The position numbers and the translations under genes are program-made. Below are positions 39,082-53,008 of a stretch of 64,000 bases of DNA, in pieces (position 1 is the stretch's first letter; each line of letters starts with the position of its first letter). The notes under the pieces were generated by a model that saw only the letters and a program-made list of their open reading frames with translations, was not told the origin of the DNA and ran no database searches. Source of the DNA: Paecilomyces variotii (taxonomy: Eukaryota); NCBI GenBank assembly GCA_004022145.1, contig RCNU01000015.1; one strand, written 5' to 3'.

Positions 39082-40824
39082 AGATGAAAGAAATGTTTTT
39101 GTTGTCAAGATTGCGGACTATGACAAGACGACCACGATTTTTATATCACGAGCCCCATCACTTGATGGATGCGTGGCTTTACGATTCGATGAGGGATGAC
39201 GAGACGACACTCAAGAGAAACCAAAAATTTACCCCGACTGTCCAGGTTCAGATGTTATTTTGGGGACAGCCTAACAGAAAGGCTGATTGGATGGACTTCT
39301 TTCTTGTGCTCGAAATTGAAGAAAAAAGCTCTGAACCATTGGCGGGCGGGCGCCTTGCATGCAGCAGCATACTTTTTGTTTTGTACCAGACGGAAAAGGA
39401 GGATATGAAGAACCAAAAAGAAGAAAAAGCGCCAGAATCCTATTTGACTGGGATAGGGATCGCATATCAGCATTTGCATGTTTGTCCGTTTGTACATGGG
39501 ACACCTCGCATTGATTTACTGTTTTGTCCGATTTCGTCTATTACCGCTGTGCTCTAATACTTTGTCGAATCCGTGCTGTGCAGGATGGATTCGCTTCCCA
39601 CCGCGACCGCGTCAAATCTGATTTCGACTGTCCCTGGTAGCTCGACATGTTTCTGGTCATGACTGCTTTATCGTGCGACCAGGAGCATCAGGTAACTAAC
39701 ACGTCTGCTAGTGTATTCTGCAGGTGATGCTTGTGCGACTGTCCAGTCATATTTCCATCGATCCTTCTGAGAAGTGCATCCGGTTCCATTCCTTCTTATG
39801 TTTTATCTACAACGCAGGATATGGTCCCAGTTCTCGTCTCTCTCTCTATCTCTCTCTCCTCCCCCTGACATAAAGTTGGCGTTTATGTTCTGCGATTATG
39901 GCAACCTCTTTTTCCGCTTGCTGCTGTCTTTAATACCTCACCCGGTCCCGGGGGTGCTTTTTCTTACCTCTTCTCTTCCGTCGTCTTTTATTCATCAAGT
40001 ACCTCTTTAGTATCACAGATTTCACAATATATGTATGTTCTTAGTATGATTTTGTTGGATTTGCTTTATCTTTTTCTTCTCGACCCTTGCTGGGTGCAAC
40101 GATCATACTTCCTGCTTGCTGCCATGACCATATCTGCATATTGCGAGGGCTAGTTGCTAACGTGACTGGAACTGATGGACATTGCTCCCATTTTTCTGGT
40201 TTCAGGCAGAAATGATGAGCTCGGGCATTATCGAAACAGAAAACCCAACATTGAACAAAGTCAACATTTTCATTTTCTACGATTCTATTGTGAAATCGAT
40301 GTCATGAAATAATGCTGAAGTTGTCTTAAATTTTGTTCCATCCTAATCAGTTATGGGATAGAAAATCCACCTTTACCCGTGTTTAGACAAATGCCAACGT
40401 AACTATCTACATATAACAAATTACTGTGCTTAACGTCGGTTGATATTCTCTTAAAGCCCAATAAGAAAGTCTTCTGAATGTTTACTCCACGTGCCTCGGG
40501 TTTACATTCCATAGGGCTTGAAATCACGCGTCTAGACTAAGATTTTTAATCTCGTTATCTTAGATAACTAGATAGCCCACGCAAGCTCCCGTAAACAGAT
40601 CAAGGTCGAGCATGCCGTCGGAACCGTAGCCAAGGTACTGGAATGCCAACCTGGCTCGCGTCGTCGCGTTCAAAGAGGAATTCTCATTCGAATTGGCATA
40701 CTTCTCAGACCTTCTGCTCTGCTGCGGAGGGATTCGAGAGAATGCTAGATACCGATAGTTATAACTACCATCGTGGTAACTCTAAACCTAAGTTACATAA
40801 ACTCTCTCAGAGATGAATACCATA

Positions 40825-40826
<2 letters not shown>

Positions 40827-40866
<40 letters not shown>
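40827..40866. repeat. T40 homopolymer, intergenic
   Basis: 40 consecutive T read directly. Confidence 0.9.
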
Positions 40867-40868
<2 letters not shown>

Positions 40869-41980
40869 CTGATTAGACTAGTTACCTAAATTAAATACCA
40901 AAACCATCCATATTACTAGTATAATGTGTTATTTCACAATATGCCGTAACCACAGGAAGACGTTTAATATATAAATATAACTTCACGAATATTGGTATTG
41001 GCATGACACATATCATAATATATGATATATTTTCTACTAAAACTGGACTGAAAATATGAAGGACGTGCTACATATCCGACATGATCAGTCGAAAAGGATC
41101 GAAATTGAGAGTAGACATACCGTATTAATACACATGTTGCGATGGGATGTACACTCACACTCGTCTGTTGAAGAGAGGTGATAATCCATGTTGTGAGGAT
41201 TTTTCGACACATCAACCGAGTTAGGGAAGATGATTTCTGTATGAAGTGATTCTACGGTAAAGGGGGGATATGATATGAAGGGGTCGAATAATTCGATCCT
41301 TACCGAAGTTGAACCTACGCGTTGTTTATTTATATTGGATTGGTTGATGGGAATGTATGTATAAATGCACACTTGTCTCGATTTACCGACGGTCGAAGTG
41401 CGTGCAGCACGCAAATCAGCGTCTCCATAGACCGCTATAGCACTCTTCATGTCTACGTGATAATAGAAAACAGCCACGCACAGCTCATCTCCCTAGGTGG
41501 TATTGGATTCGCCTCAAATCAATAACTACTGATACAATCTCCGCAATTAAACAGCGCACTTGGTGTGAAATCCATCAAATAAAAGCCAGTAAGAACTGAC
41601 TCCTTAACTTAAGAATGTTTCCCGCTATCCATGTCCCCCTTTACCCATTACAGCGCCCTTTTGAATCGAATCAAACCAGATGAATGGACATAGACAAGGA
41701 GCAGAGACAGTTAACAGCCGGGGAATAAAACAAAGACAGGGAGACAGCGGACGCAACACCGACCGCAAAAGGCGAAATGTTGGCCTGGGATCATTCCACG
41801 GCCGTTAGGTAAGGACTGCCGACTTAGTATATGCGGTGTCCTCACTTGGACACCGCTCCCGGCAGGCCAACATCCCGTATTGCGACCTCGAGTCGCAGAA
41901 ATCGATAACAGGGAAGACTTTCTTTTTTTATGTCGTAGGAAAGACCGGAGACGCTAGGAATTGTCAAACACCCCGTTCGT

Positions 41981-42788
41981 TCACGCATCAATCTTGTTCT
42001 TCTTCTTCTGCTCAACCTTGAGCAGCAGAGCCCGGTTGATACGAGGCAGGACACCACCAAAGGCGATGGTCGCGCGGATGAGCGTGTCAAGCTCCTCATC
42101 ACCTCTGATAGCAAGCTGCAGGTGACGCGGGGTAATACGCTTGACCTTGAGATCCTTGGCGGCGTTACCAGCAAGTTCGAGGACTTCGGCAGTCAGGTAC
42201 TCGAGAACAGCAGTGACGTAGACGGCAGCTGTGGAAATAAGTTAGCTATACACCTTTCATGATAGCTATGGTGCCAGAATCTTGAGCTGGCCCGTAACCA
42301 GAGACACGCGCAAGTGGATAGAACAGGTAAATGGGATGACTGACCTTTAGCACCGACGCGCATCTTGTTCTGCGTGTTGTTCTTCAAGAAACGCTTAACA
42401 CGACCGCAAGGGAACTGCCAGACAAGAGATGTTAGCAAAGGTCACTTTCGAGAAAGTACGTCCAAAGATTGAGCGCCACGGTGCGACAAAGTTGGCAACG
42501 GAGGCGAAGACCCGAGATGAATGAAACCGAAGAAACATCGCAAAGCTTCACAACCACTATCACTCCTCTTATCGCGTCCTCATGTGGAGGGAAGAGCGTT
42601 TGTGGTCGTCAAAGTACATGCACAACAAAGGCCAAGTTGGAGGATATGAGGGGCAGTCGACATAGGTTCGGAGAGATCGGGTCACCAACCTGCAGACCAG
42701 CCTTCGCACTGTGAGACTTCTGCGTCTTCCCCGCCGCATCCTTGGGGGCGTTCTTGCCGCCGATCGACTTTCCCTTTCCGCCAGGCAT
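41981..42788 (-). CDS. HTZ1: Histone H2A.Z; introns 42415-42689 and ~42229-42344
   Basis: [104 protein letters not shown]. Confidence 0.97.
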
Positions 42789-44106
42789 ATCGAAATAGTT
42801 CGAGATTTGGTGTCGCGTCGGTCGTTATGTCGCGTCAGATGCAGTTGCGAGACAATCAGACTCAAGTGTGGGAGTCGAGACGATCGGAGGGGTGAAAAGC
42901 GCGCGCGTTGTTGATGGATGAAGAAGGCAGAAATGTCAAGCCCATCTCAGTCGCTAAAGACGGCGTCAAGCCTGAAGTGGCGCTAGTCCCGATCGGGACA
43001 GAAACGCACGGCGGCCTGGAGAAGAGCGCCTGTTGACAGTGAAGGATGATGAGAACAGCAAGTGAAGAGCGCAGCATATGGAAATGCAGGAAGAACACAA
43101 GGAATTGAACAGAAAACACAACGAGTCAGTATAATAACATTTTGTCAGTCTCCATGAGCAAAAGAATATGTCTCGCAGTGATCAAGGCATCTGTGGTGTC
43201 CTGTGGCTCAGTTAGTGAGAAAAAGATTCGTAATCACCGTCGAATCATGATGTAGTCAAGTATCCAGTCTCAGACTATAACCTTCAGATGTCCTGAGAGG
43301 GTTCTGCACAGATAGATGTTGGTATACTGCAGGTCAATGAGGCATCTTATGACATGAAGCTGCAACTCTTGGAGCTGCGATGGTTGTCAAAAGTTGCTTA
43401 TCTCAGAAGTCATGTGATCAAATGACTAAGTGCGCCGCGACTGCCGCACATGGAACTCCGGAGGGGGCGAGCTTCTCCGCATTATTTAATGATACAAGTA
43501 CAGATTAATATGCGCGTGTATATTCTCAACTAGCTCTTGTATAGGTCTCACCTATAGTTCATAAAAGCGTTCTGATGCCGACCTGTGATCTGCTACAGTA
43601 TTATTTGATGGTCTTACGTAGGCCTTAAGCAGTAACGTGAGCTGCAAAACGAGCTCTGGGCGCATCAAAGGTACCTATCTACAGATCGCTTGCGACTAAG
43701 AAACTCAAAATAATTCAATTGTGATTCGGCAACTCCATGAACGTATAACATTAGCTACGCATGTCATGATGGAGAACTTATGAGAAGAGTACTATTGTGC
43801 TCTTTCCTTACATTCTTTCAGAGACGCGGATACGTACAATATTTTTCTCGAGTTAGGTTGATGGCGCTATCGCGCCATCCTTGCCCTTTATCAGTCGCGT
43901 TGCGCTTGTCGGATATCTAGTAGTAAGCCGGCCAACAACTTGGACGTGCACGTGACATCCTACGATCTGGACAACTTTGGTCTTTTCCCCGGCCGAGCTC
44001 TTGAGATTTCCGATTTCCGATCTCCTTCACCAGCCATCTGCTCCTTGTCAACCTCCTCCGTCCTTCTTTCTTCGTGTCACTATCGGTGGTGCCTCCGGGT
44101 TCCAAA

Positions 44107-44882
44107 ATGGTTTCTCCTCAGATGTACGTTTTAGCCCTTGTTCCCTGCGCGATCGCAAATCGCCATCGCCATCACCAAGAGAGATTTGCCGCTGGGAGGT
44201 AGATATCGCTAACGTAGAGTTGCTTTACAGAACAAACCTGGCCATCATCCTGGTGATGATGCAGGTGTCCAAGAGGATTCCATTTGACAATCCTGATGTG
44301 CTCCTCGGTGTTCGAGCTATGTACATCATTTCGAACCTGATCATCCTGGGCATCTACCTCTACGTGCAGGCTCAGATCAACAAAAAGAAAGGTACCTTAG
44401 CGCCATTACTTACCCTTTGTACTCTCTTATCTTCTGCTTGTCCGATCGGTTGTACTTGGGGATCAAGCTGCTGACTCGGCAAAACGACAGATATGAAAAC
44501 GCTCCAATATGTCGAGCCCGCCCCGGTGGGTACCGGAGACAAACCGCGTCCGGTCACTACCACTGTGATGGAGTACGACAAGCAGCAACTGCGTCAGCTG
44601 ATCAAGACGCAGCTGATGGGTGTTGGCATGATGGCCGTGATGCACCTGTACTTCAAGTACACCAACCCACTGTTGATCCAGTCGATCATTCCTCTCAAGG
44701 GCGCCCTTGAGGGTAACTTGGTCAAGATCCACCTGTTCGGCAAGCCGGCCACCGGTGACCTCCAGCGGCCGTTCAAGGCTGGTCAGAGCTTCATGGGCAT
44801 GGGCCAGGGCGAGATCAAGAGCGACAAGGCGTCCATTGAGCAGGCCGAGAAGAACTGGAGGGGTGGTGTCAAGGAGGAGTAA
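44107..44882 (+). CDS. PHO88: Pho88/Snd3 ER membrane protein; introns ~44124-44230 and ~44392-44490
   Basis: MVSPQITNLAIILVMMQVSKRIPF, TTTVMEYD, MHLYFKYTNPLLIQSIIPLK, GDLQRPFK and GGVKEE. Confidence 0.94.
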
Positions 44883-46208
44883 ATATACCACGGATCCCAC
44901 CGCCTCTGTTGGAAGCCTACACGGGCTCGGGGCTTCTGATGTCTTGTGCATAGAAGATACGTTGAAACGCGGAGATACTCTCGGAGGAAGCAACCAGCAC
45001 TCTTCCTTGTGTTCTGTCACGTGGCGGTTTAGAGTCTACATGTGGCTAGAACAGGTCCTATCTGCTGAGATGAATTACTATATCTTTTGAGGACTTTCCG
45101 GTGCTGGAATGGTCCCTCCACTTTTGCCATTATTATCTCGTTGTCCCACGTATATCTGATCCGTCATGGTGGATCGGGTCTTCATGCGTAAGAGTGTCTG
45201 CGTAAGGACCTTGGAAGCGGTGCTTCGGTGGTAGGATACCGTAGCTGATTGGAATTCTACTTGCTGTTGTTGCTGCCGTGTCGATGGAATGCGGCGAATA
45301 GATTCGGACCCCTCGTATTTTGCGGCTTTGCTGGTGCATGGCACACTGCGGGCAATGAGAGATTGGGCAGGAACCTGTAGACTATTGTCAGATGCAGAAG
45401 AGAAGAGAAGAACGCCGAGCCATTGCCGTCTCGCATGAGATCCTTCGGGCGGCGATTGCTGGTTTTTCCTTTTCTGAACCTGAGTAGCGAGACCGGCAGA
45501 ATATGATTATTTATTATTATTCTCGTTATTATGATTAACCTAGGACGCGGGCATTCGATGAGTTTATGATTTGCGTAAGTAAAGGGCACCCCAACAGATT
45601 TTGAGGCTTCCTGCCAGGCTTGATAGACGATGCGGGGCTTTTGTGTCAACTGTTTTGCTTCACCGGTGGCCTCTCGAGTCTCCGGCAACGGAGGACTCTT
45701 GAACATGATAATAATAATAATAAAGACTCTAGGTCCACCACGCTGGCGGTCGAGTCTTATTAGCTCAGAGTCTCCGACAGAGTCAGCGTCGCCCAGCCGG
45801 TGAGTCTTCTGGGAGACCGCCGTTAAATATAATCGATTCACTGGCTGTCGCTTGACCTGGATGGACGGGAATGGACTGCGGATAATCGTTGGTCCGGGAC
45901 GGACAAACGGACCGAAAACAGCAAGCCGGGTAAGCTAGAGGTGGGATGTTCTGCTTCTGCTCCACCAGGCATCATTTGGGTATTCTTGCGGATTAAGTAA
46001 TAATCAACCAACCACTTTGTATGGTAGTTAATACTAATAACTTAACCCCTTCCTTACCCCTTCATGATGCGGAAGAACGTTTAAGGGGGGAACTGACATA
46101 ATAATGCCAGCACATGGGTTGACGGAAACCCCAGGGCACAACCTAGGTCCAATAACACCCGATAGCCCGGGCAAAACATTCTCCATGATTGGCGGCGAGG
46201 CGATAGTA

Positions 46209-46255
46209 GATATCGGGAGTCTTCCTGCTTTGCCCGGTGTATGAAACCGGAAAGG
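46209..46255 (+). promoter_or_regulatory. gpd box (conserved Aspergillus gpdA upstream activating element)
   Basis: TCCTGCTTTGCCCGGTGTATGAAACCGGAAAGG matches the A. nidulans/A. niger gpd-box core as I recall it; ~470 nt upstream of the ATG; a CT-rich box follows at ~46496-46560. Confidence 0.85.
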
Positions 46256-46619
46256 CGGACCTCGGGGGAGGCTCTGGAATGGAATCATGGAGAGACATGG
46301 AGACATGGAGCAGTTACTGTTACACACCTGGTAGTCTAAGGGAGTTAGTAGTAGTACGTAGTAGTACTGTACCTAGGTAGTTAATAAATTAATTTACTAG
46401 TCAGCTCGATTCGAATGGTAAGCTGCGCCCGTCCGGTGTCCGTATTTTACTAGTCGCCCGCGGTGATCGGTCTGTTGCGTCAGCCCGAACTGGCCTGCCT
46501 TTTTCTTCCCCTCCCCCGCCCCCGTCATCCTTCTTCTTCTTCCAGCCCACCCTTCTCGACCTGTTTCTAAACAACAAACATCTTGTATCTTGTCCCATCT
46601 ATTCAATCTCTATCCAACA

Positions 46620-46712
46620 GTGAGTCTTCCTTTGCTATCCGTGGTTTATCATCCTCCTCGTTGCCATCCGGTTTGAGAGCTACGCTGACAAGCTATTACC
46701 CCGCCAAAGCAG
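46620..46712 (+). other. 5'UTR intron of GAPDH
   Basis: GTGAGT donor, GCTGAC branch, CAG acceptor ending 10 nt before the ATG; a leader intron is typical of Aspergillus gpdA. Confidence 0.8.
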
Positions 46713-46721
46713 ACAGCAAAC

Positions 46722-48089
<1,368 letters not shown>

Positions 48090-49395
48090 GAATCAGGACA
48101 GAAGTTAGAAGCGCGGAGTCTCCTGTAGTGAGATCTCCAGTCATGATCTATCGTGCCAGCCCGAGACGAGAGTCAAGGTCTGAGATCGCGGACTGTCCTA
48201 CATTTATTCTGGGCAATCATCTGGCAAAAATGATGAGCCGATTTCAGACTGGAATCTGGACGGGGAACATCATATGAATCAGTAACATAAAATCCGATAC
48301 ATGCCCTACATTTAATGAGATGAACTGCATATGAAATTTCCTAAACTGAGAACCGTAAGCTTTACAGTAACCGAGAACCAAGTTAACGTACAATCGGCAG
48401 TCGCAATCCGCATATGGAACTGCCTGCAATTAGTATTTACGGTCAATGTAGCATCTGTATGTGCTGATAGGAACTAGCTTGCATAATTCTCCTGGCTTGG
48501 ATTTACTTATTCTGACCAACGCCTGTCTGCTCCGGGGTTTGTGCCTGCCAAATTCTCAGACCACCAACCCCTTGATAACGATCTATTAAGGAGATCAAAA
48601 TGCGATCATAATGAACCGAACTATGTCTTTACAATGCATGAATAGAAAGGAGAATGAGTAGTTGACTGGATATGAAGATGACTAAGCTATGCACGTAGCT
48701 CTGTGATAGGCTGCGGTCTGTTGCGGCGAACGCTCGGGGTCTCGATGATCCAAAAGGGATCAAAGACGCAATTTATCCCAATTCCACACCCTGATGCCAT
48801 ATACAGACAGGCTGTCTCTCTGCTGCATTCCACAGCACGTCCACTGCGGCTATTAACTATTGGCCTTTCTCTGGAAGGTGGTCCATCCTTCACACCAATT
48901 TCCACAGCTCTCACTAACCCGGTCACGTGGGATTGGAGCCCAGTTGAGCTTCATCGCCGAGCTAGTTAACTACCAAAGTTACCCTATATCAACTCACACT
49001 TCGGAAGATGCATGCGTAACTATATTGATTGTGTACTATTATTCCCCTATTGACGTGTTTAGGTGACCCGCTTTTGTCTTGTTTGTCGGTCTCAAACCTC
49101 ACTTTTGTGCACCTTTTCCCCTTACAAGTTGTCCCTGTGCAAGGCCACTGTTGCTTTGGACTTACTCCTCCTGCTCCACCGTTTGAGATACCCAGCACAG
49201 ATCTTTGTTTTTCTATTTCCAGAGTTCCCCAGTGCTTTTAATATTCACAGAGAATCCCTAGGTTTCTCCTGTTTTTTTATCATTCTGTGGTACCAAGCAT
49301 CAGAAGGGAGGGGCCCTTGACAGGTCATGTCCTGTTGATACCATCAAGTTGTCAAACAGTTAATGGAGATTTGTCTCACTTGACTGTCTGCAATC

Positions 49396-52300
49396 ATGGA
49401 AGAAGATGAAGACACTGTTATGTCAGACGCTGGTCTTTCAAGGCCCCAGCCGGCGGGCCAGGGAAGCCGGTCCCATTCTAGCTTGGGCAAAAGACCTGCA
49501 AGGGACATGAATGGAGATCAAACTTCGCCTCCCGCATCACCCAGGCCTGAAAAGCAGCATTCTAGCAATGTGAAGTCGGTGATTCAGACAGAAGTTGAAG
49601 TTGAGACCGATGGGTTCTCTTCAACCAAAATCCTGGCCAAGTCGGTTGAGGTTGAGGACACCAATTCTGAATACCACGAGAAAGCAGACAGCATCATGGA
49701 AGAGAATTCGGACTGGTCTGAAGAAGGTGCAGCGTCTGCGAAGGGGATTCCAACGGCATCGCTACCCACAGGTCTCTGCTACGACGTCAGAATGCGCTAT
49801 CACTGCGAAGTGAGGCCAACCGCCGATGTCCATCCAGAAGACCCCCGTCGCATTTATTACATCTACAAGGAGCTGTGCCGAGCGGGCCTCGTCGATGATC
49901 CGGAGTCTCTAAGGCCTCTGGCTTCTCAGCCGCTCCAGCGTATCTCCGTTCGCGATGCCACAGTCGACGAAATCTCGCTGGTGCATGACCCTGATCATTA
50001 TACTTTTGTTGAAAGCACAAAAGGTAATTCCTATCTAGCATGTGATCCGCGTTATACTGACAAGTGACAGACATGACCGATGATATGTTGATTGAATTGG
50101 AACACACTCGCGATTCAATCTATTTTAACCGTCTGACTTTCGCGTCATCTCTTCTGTCAGTCGGTGGTGCGATTGAAACCTGCATGGCTGTTGCAACCCG
50201 CAGAGTGAAAAACGCTATTGCAGTGATTCGACCGCCAGGTCACCACGCAGAGCACAACAAGACGATGGGATTCTGCCTTTTCAACAACGTGTCTGTTGCT
50301 GCAAGGGTCTGTCAGAAAGAGCTCGGGGAGAAGTGCCGCAAGATTATGATTCTTGACTGGTATGTCTAATCAAATGGCTAGCCGTGTCTCGAAATGTTGT
50401 ACTGATTATTATCTAGGGATGTCCATCATGGTGCGCGCCGGACGAAACCAAATATGTGGTCCATGTAGGCTTACAATATCGCAGGAAATGGTATCCAGAA
50501 AGCATTCTACGATGACCCCAATGTCCTCTATATTTCCCTCCACGTCTACAATGATGGCAAGTTCTATCCTGGAGGGGATGAAGGTAACATCGACCATTGT
50601 GGCGAGGGCCCCGGTCTTGGACGGTAGGAATCTCTTCTCTCAAGTTTGACCAACTTTGCTGACCCTTGACCAGAAACATCAACATCCCTTGGCCATCTCA
50701 GGGTATGGGGGACGGGGACTACCTGTTTGCATTCCAGCAAGTAATTATGCCGATCGCTAGCGAGTTCAACCCAGATCTCGTGATCAGTATGTCTTTTCCC
50801 GCTTGAGAGAAGGTGCACGAGCTAATTGACCGCAGTTGCTTCTGGGTTTGACGCTGCGGCGGGTGACGAGCTTGGAGGATGTTTTGTTAGCCCTCCATGC
50901 TATGCTCATATGACACACATGCTAATGACGCTTGCAAATGGCAAACTTGCTGTCTGTTTGGAGGTCAGTGGAGTCTAATTATGCCGATTCATTCTAGAAA
51001 TGTCTAACAATGTTTCCAACAGGGAGGTTACAATTTGAGAGCCATTTCAAAGTCAGCTCTAGCTGTCACAAAGACCCTTATGGGCGAGCCTCCAGAGCGT
51101 CTTTCTGCTACCGCACCTTCACGGCCAGCTGTCCATACAGTACGTCGGGTGATGATGACGCAGTCCAGATTTTGGAAGTGCATGTACCCGAAAGAGCCGC
51201 GGGAGGAGCATCTATGGACCGATAGAGTTCACGGTAAGTGGCCTCATCAATTTCCTGCTGGAACAGCGGACTAACTTCGAGTACAGATGTCATCAGAGCA
51301 TACCAGTCTAAGCACTTGTATGATAACTACAAGCTAACGAGCCTTTACATCTACCGGACGGCTATCTCGAAATCCTTTGCAAACCAGGTTCTCGCAACGT
51401 AAGTTGTCATCCAGACACGGGTCCATGACCGTTAGCTAATTACTTGTAGATCAAACTATGATCAAGCTGTACCGCTGATCGTGATCTTCCATGACCCGTA
51501 AGTCGTCGCAGGTCTGATAATCAGTATACATCACTAACGACTGCATTAGGCCCGAAATCATGGGCATACCGAACCCTACCACCAACAAGCTTGAGCCTCA
51601 CAACTGCTGGCTGGTGAGTGTCCACAATCTCAAAACCAAGGCTTGTGCTAACAAGTACAAGGCTGATATCGTGAAGGACTACATTGAATGGGCAGTACAG
51701 AGGAACTACGCCGTGATTGATGTCAATATTCCTAAATATGTGACTGCGGATGGCGTAAGTTGTCATTTTACGCCCTGCCCTGTTTTTGCTGCTAACTGTT
51801 TCAAAGTCTCCCGGAAAATACGAAGACGAAGATGAGAACCGCCCCACAGCTACAGAAGAACTTGCGGGTTACCTCTGGGACAACTACATTGAGTATGCAC
51901 GGTAGCCAGATGATTTGCCACAAACACGAAGCTGACTTTTGACAGGCCCAACGAAGCGACCGAGATCTTCTTTCTGGGAGTTGGAGACGCTTTTTACGGT
52001 GTCGCCAATCTACTCATCAATCGTGGTATGTTCCTAATTCTGCTAAGTTATCCTCTTGACGCAGCATCTGATTCCCTCGCAGACAGCATTTATCAGCGCG
52101 TGAACAGTGTCATTTCATTCGTAGCTGAAAACCCAGTGCGGGCGATAGCCTCCCATACTCAAGTCTGGCTTTCAAAATGGTACAAAGAGGTAAGATCTGC
52201 ACTTTTCTTTCTCTCCCAATGCATCATGTAACATCAACCAACACCGTATCTCTCTGCAGAACTCTCTGGTCTACGTCTCCCATGCACACGGCGTCTGGAG

Positions 52301-52493
52301 CAACTTCGAGAATCGACGCAAACCATCCAAGCGTTACGGACGGCTCCTCCGATCGCCAAAAGCAGGACTTAGCGAGATGCTCGAACATCACAAAAGCGAC
52401 GTGTTCAACTGGATAGACTCGCGAGTTTCTCCGGAGGAAAGCGACGAGTCGGAGGAGAATGGGAAAAGCCGGTCGCCGACGAAGGAGAAATAA
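49396..52493 (+). CDS. hdaA: Class II histone deacetylase with Arb2-like C-terminus; many introns
   Basis: [68 protein letters not shown] and LEGGYNL; TAA at 52491-52493. Confidence 0.95.
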
Positions 52494-53008
52494 TGGTTAC
52501 CAGTCCAAAATGAACTTTCTGTTTACATCCCTTATGCATGTGAAATTCGAGTCATGAGCAATTAACTCCCATCTATTTCCAATTCTCCCGCGAAAGCACA
52601 CCCGGGAGTTCCTCAGAACACTCGACTTACATCACGTATCTCGTCCCATCCCAGTCCGGTCCATCTACGCGGCATTTTGTTTGTACCAGGTTAGATAGAG
52701 TAGGTGGTCTATCTTGAGGTTTTCAAGGGCCCATGTTCAGCATGCATGATTACACGTGAGTTTATCAATATTGCGATCCAGATTTCTACAGTTCTATACT
52801 TCTGCATGCGGGTCTTTATTTTGGCCTACAAGGATGATTGCTAGTCGGCTACTGCGCAGATAATATCTCGTAGCATTGAAGTGACCCCGAAAAATAGAAA
52901 TGAGACATTGAATTGAGATAGGAGTATCATGACTGTCATTTCATGAAATAAAAAATATATATAGAAAAAAAAAAAAAAAAAGAAATCCCCCCCCCCACAC
53001 TAGGAAAT

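Noticed and set aside
40212-40318. Possible C/D snoRNA (ATGATGA..CTGA)
   Set aside because: No convincing terminal stem and no rRNA-complementary guide recognised; it would need snoscan/Infernal.
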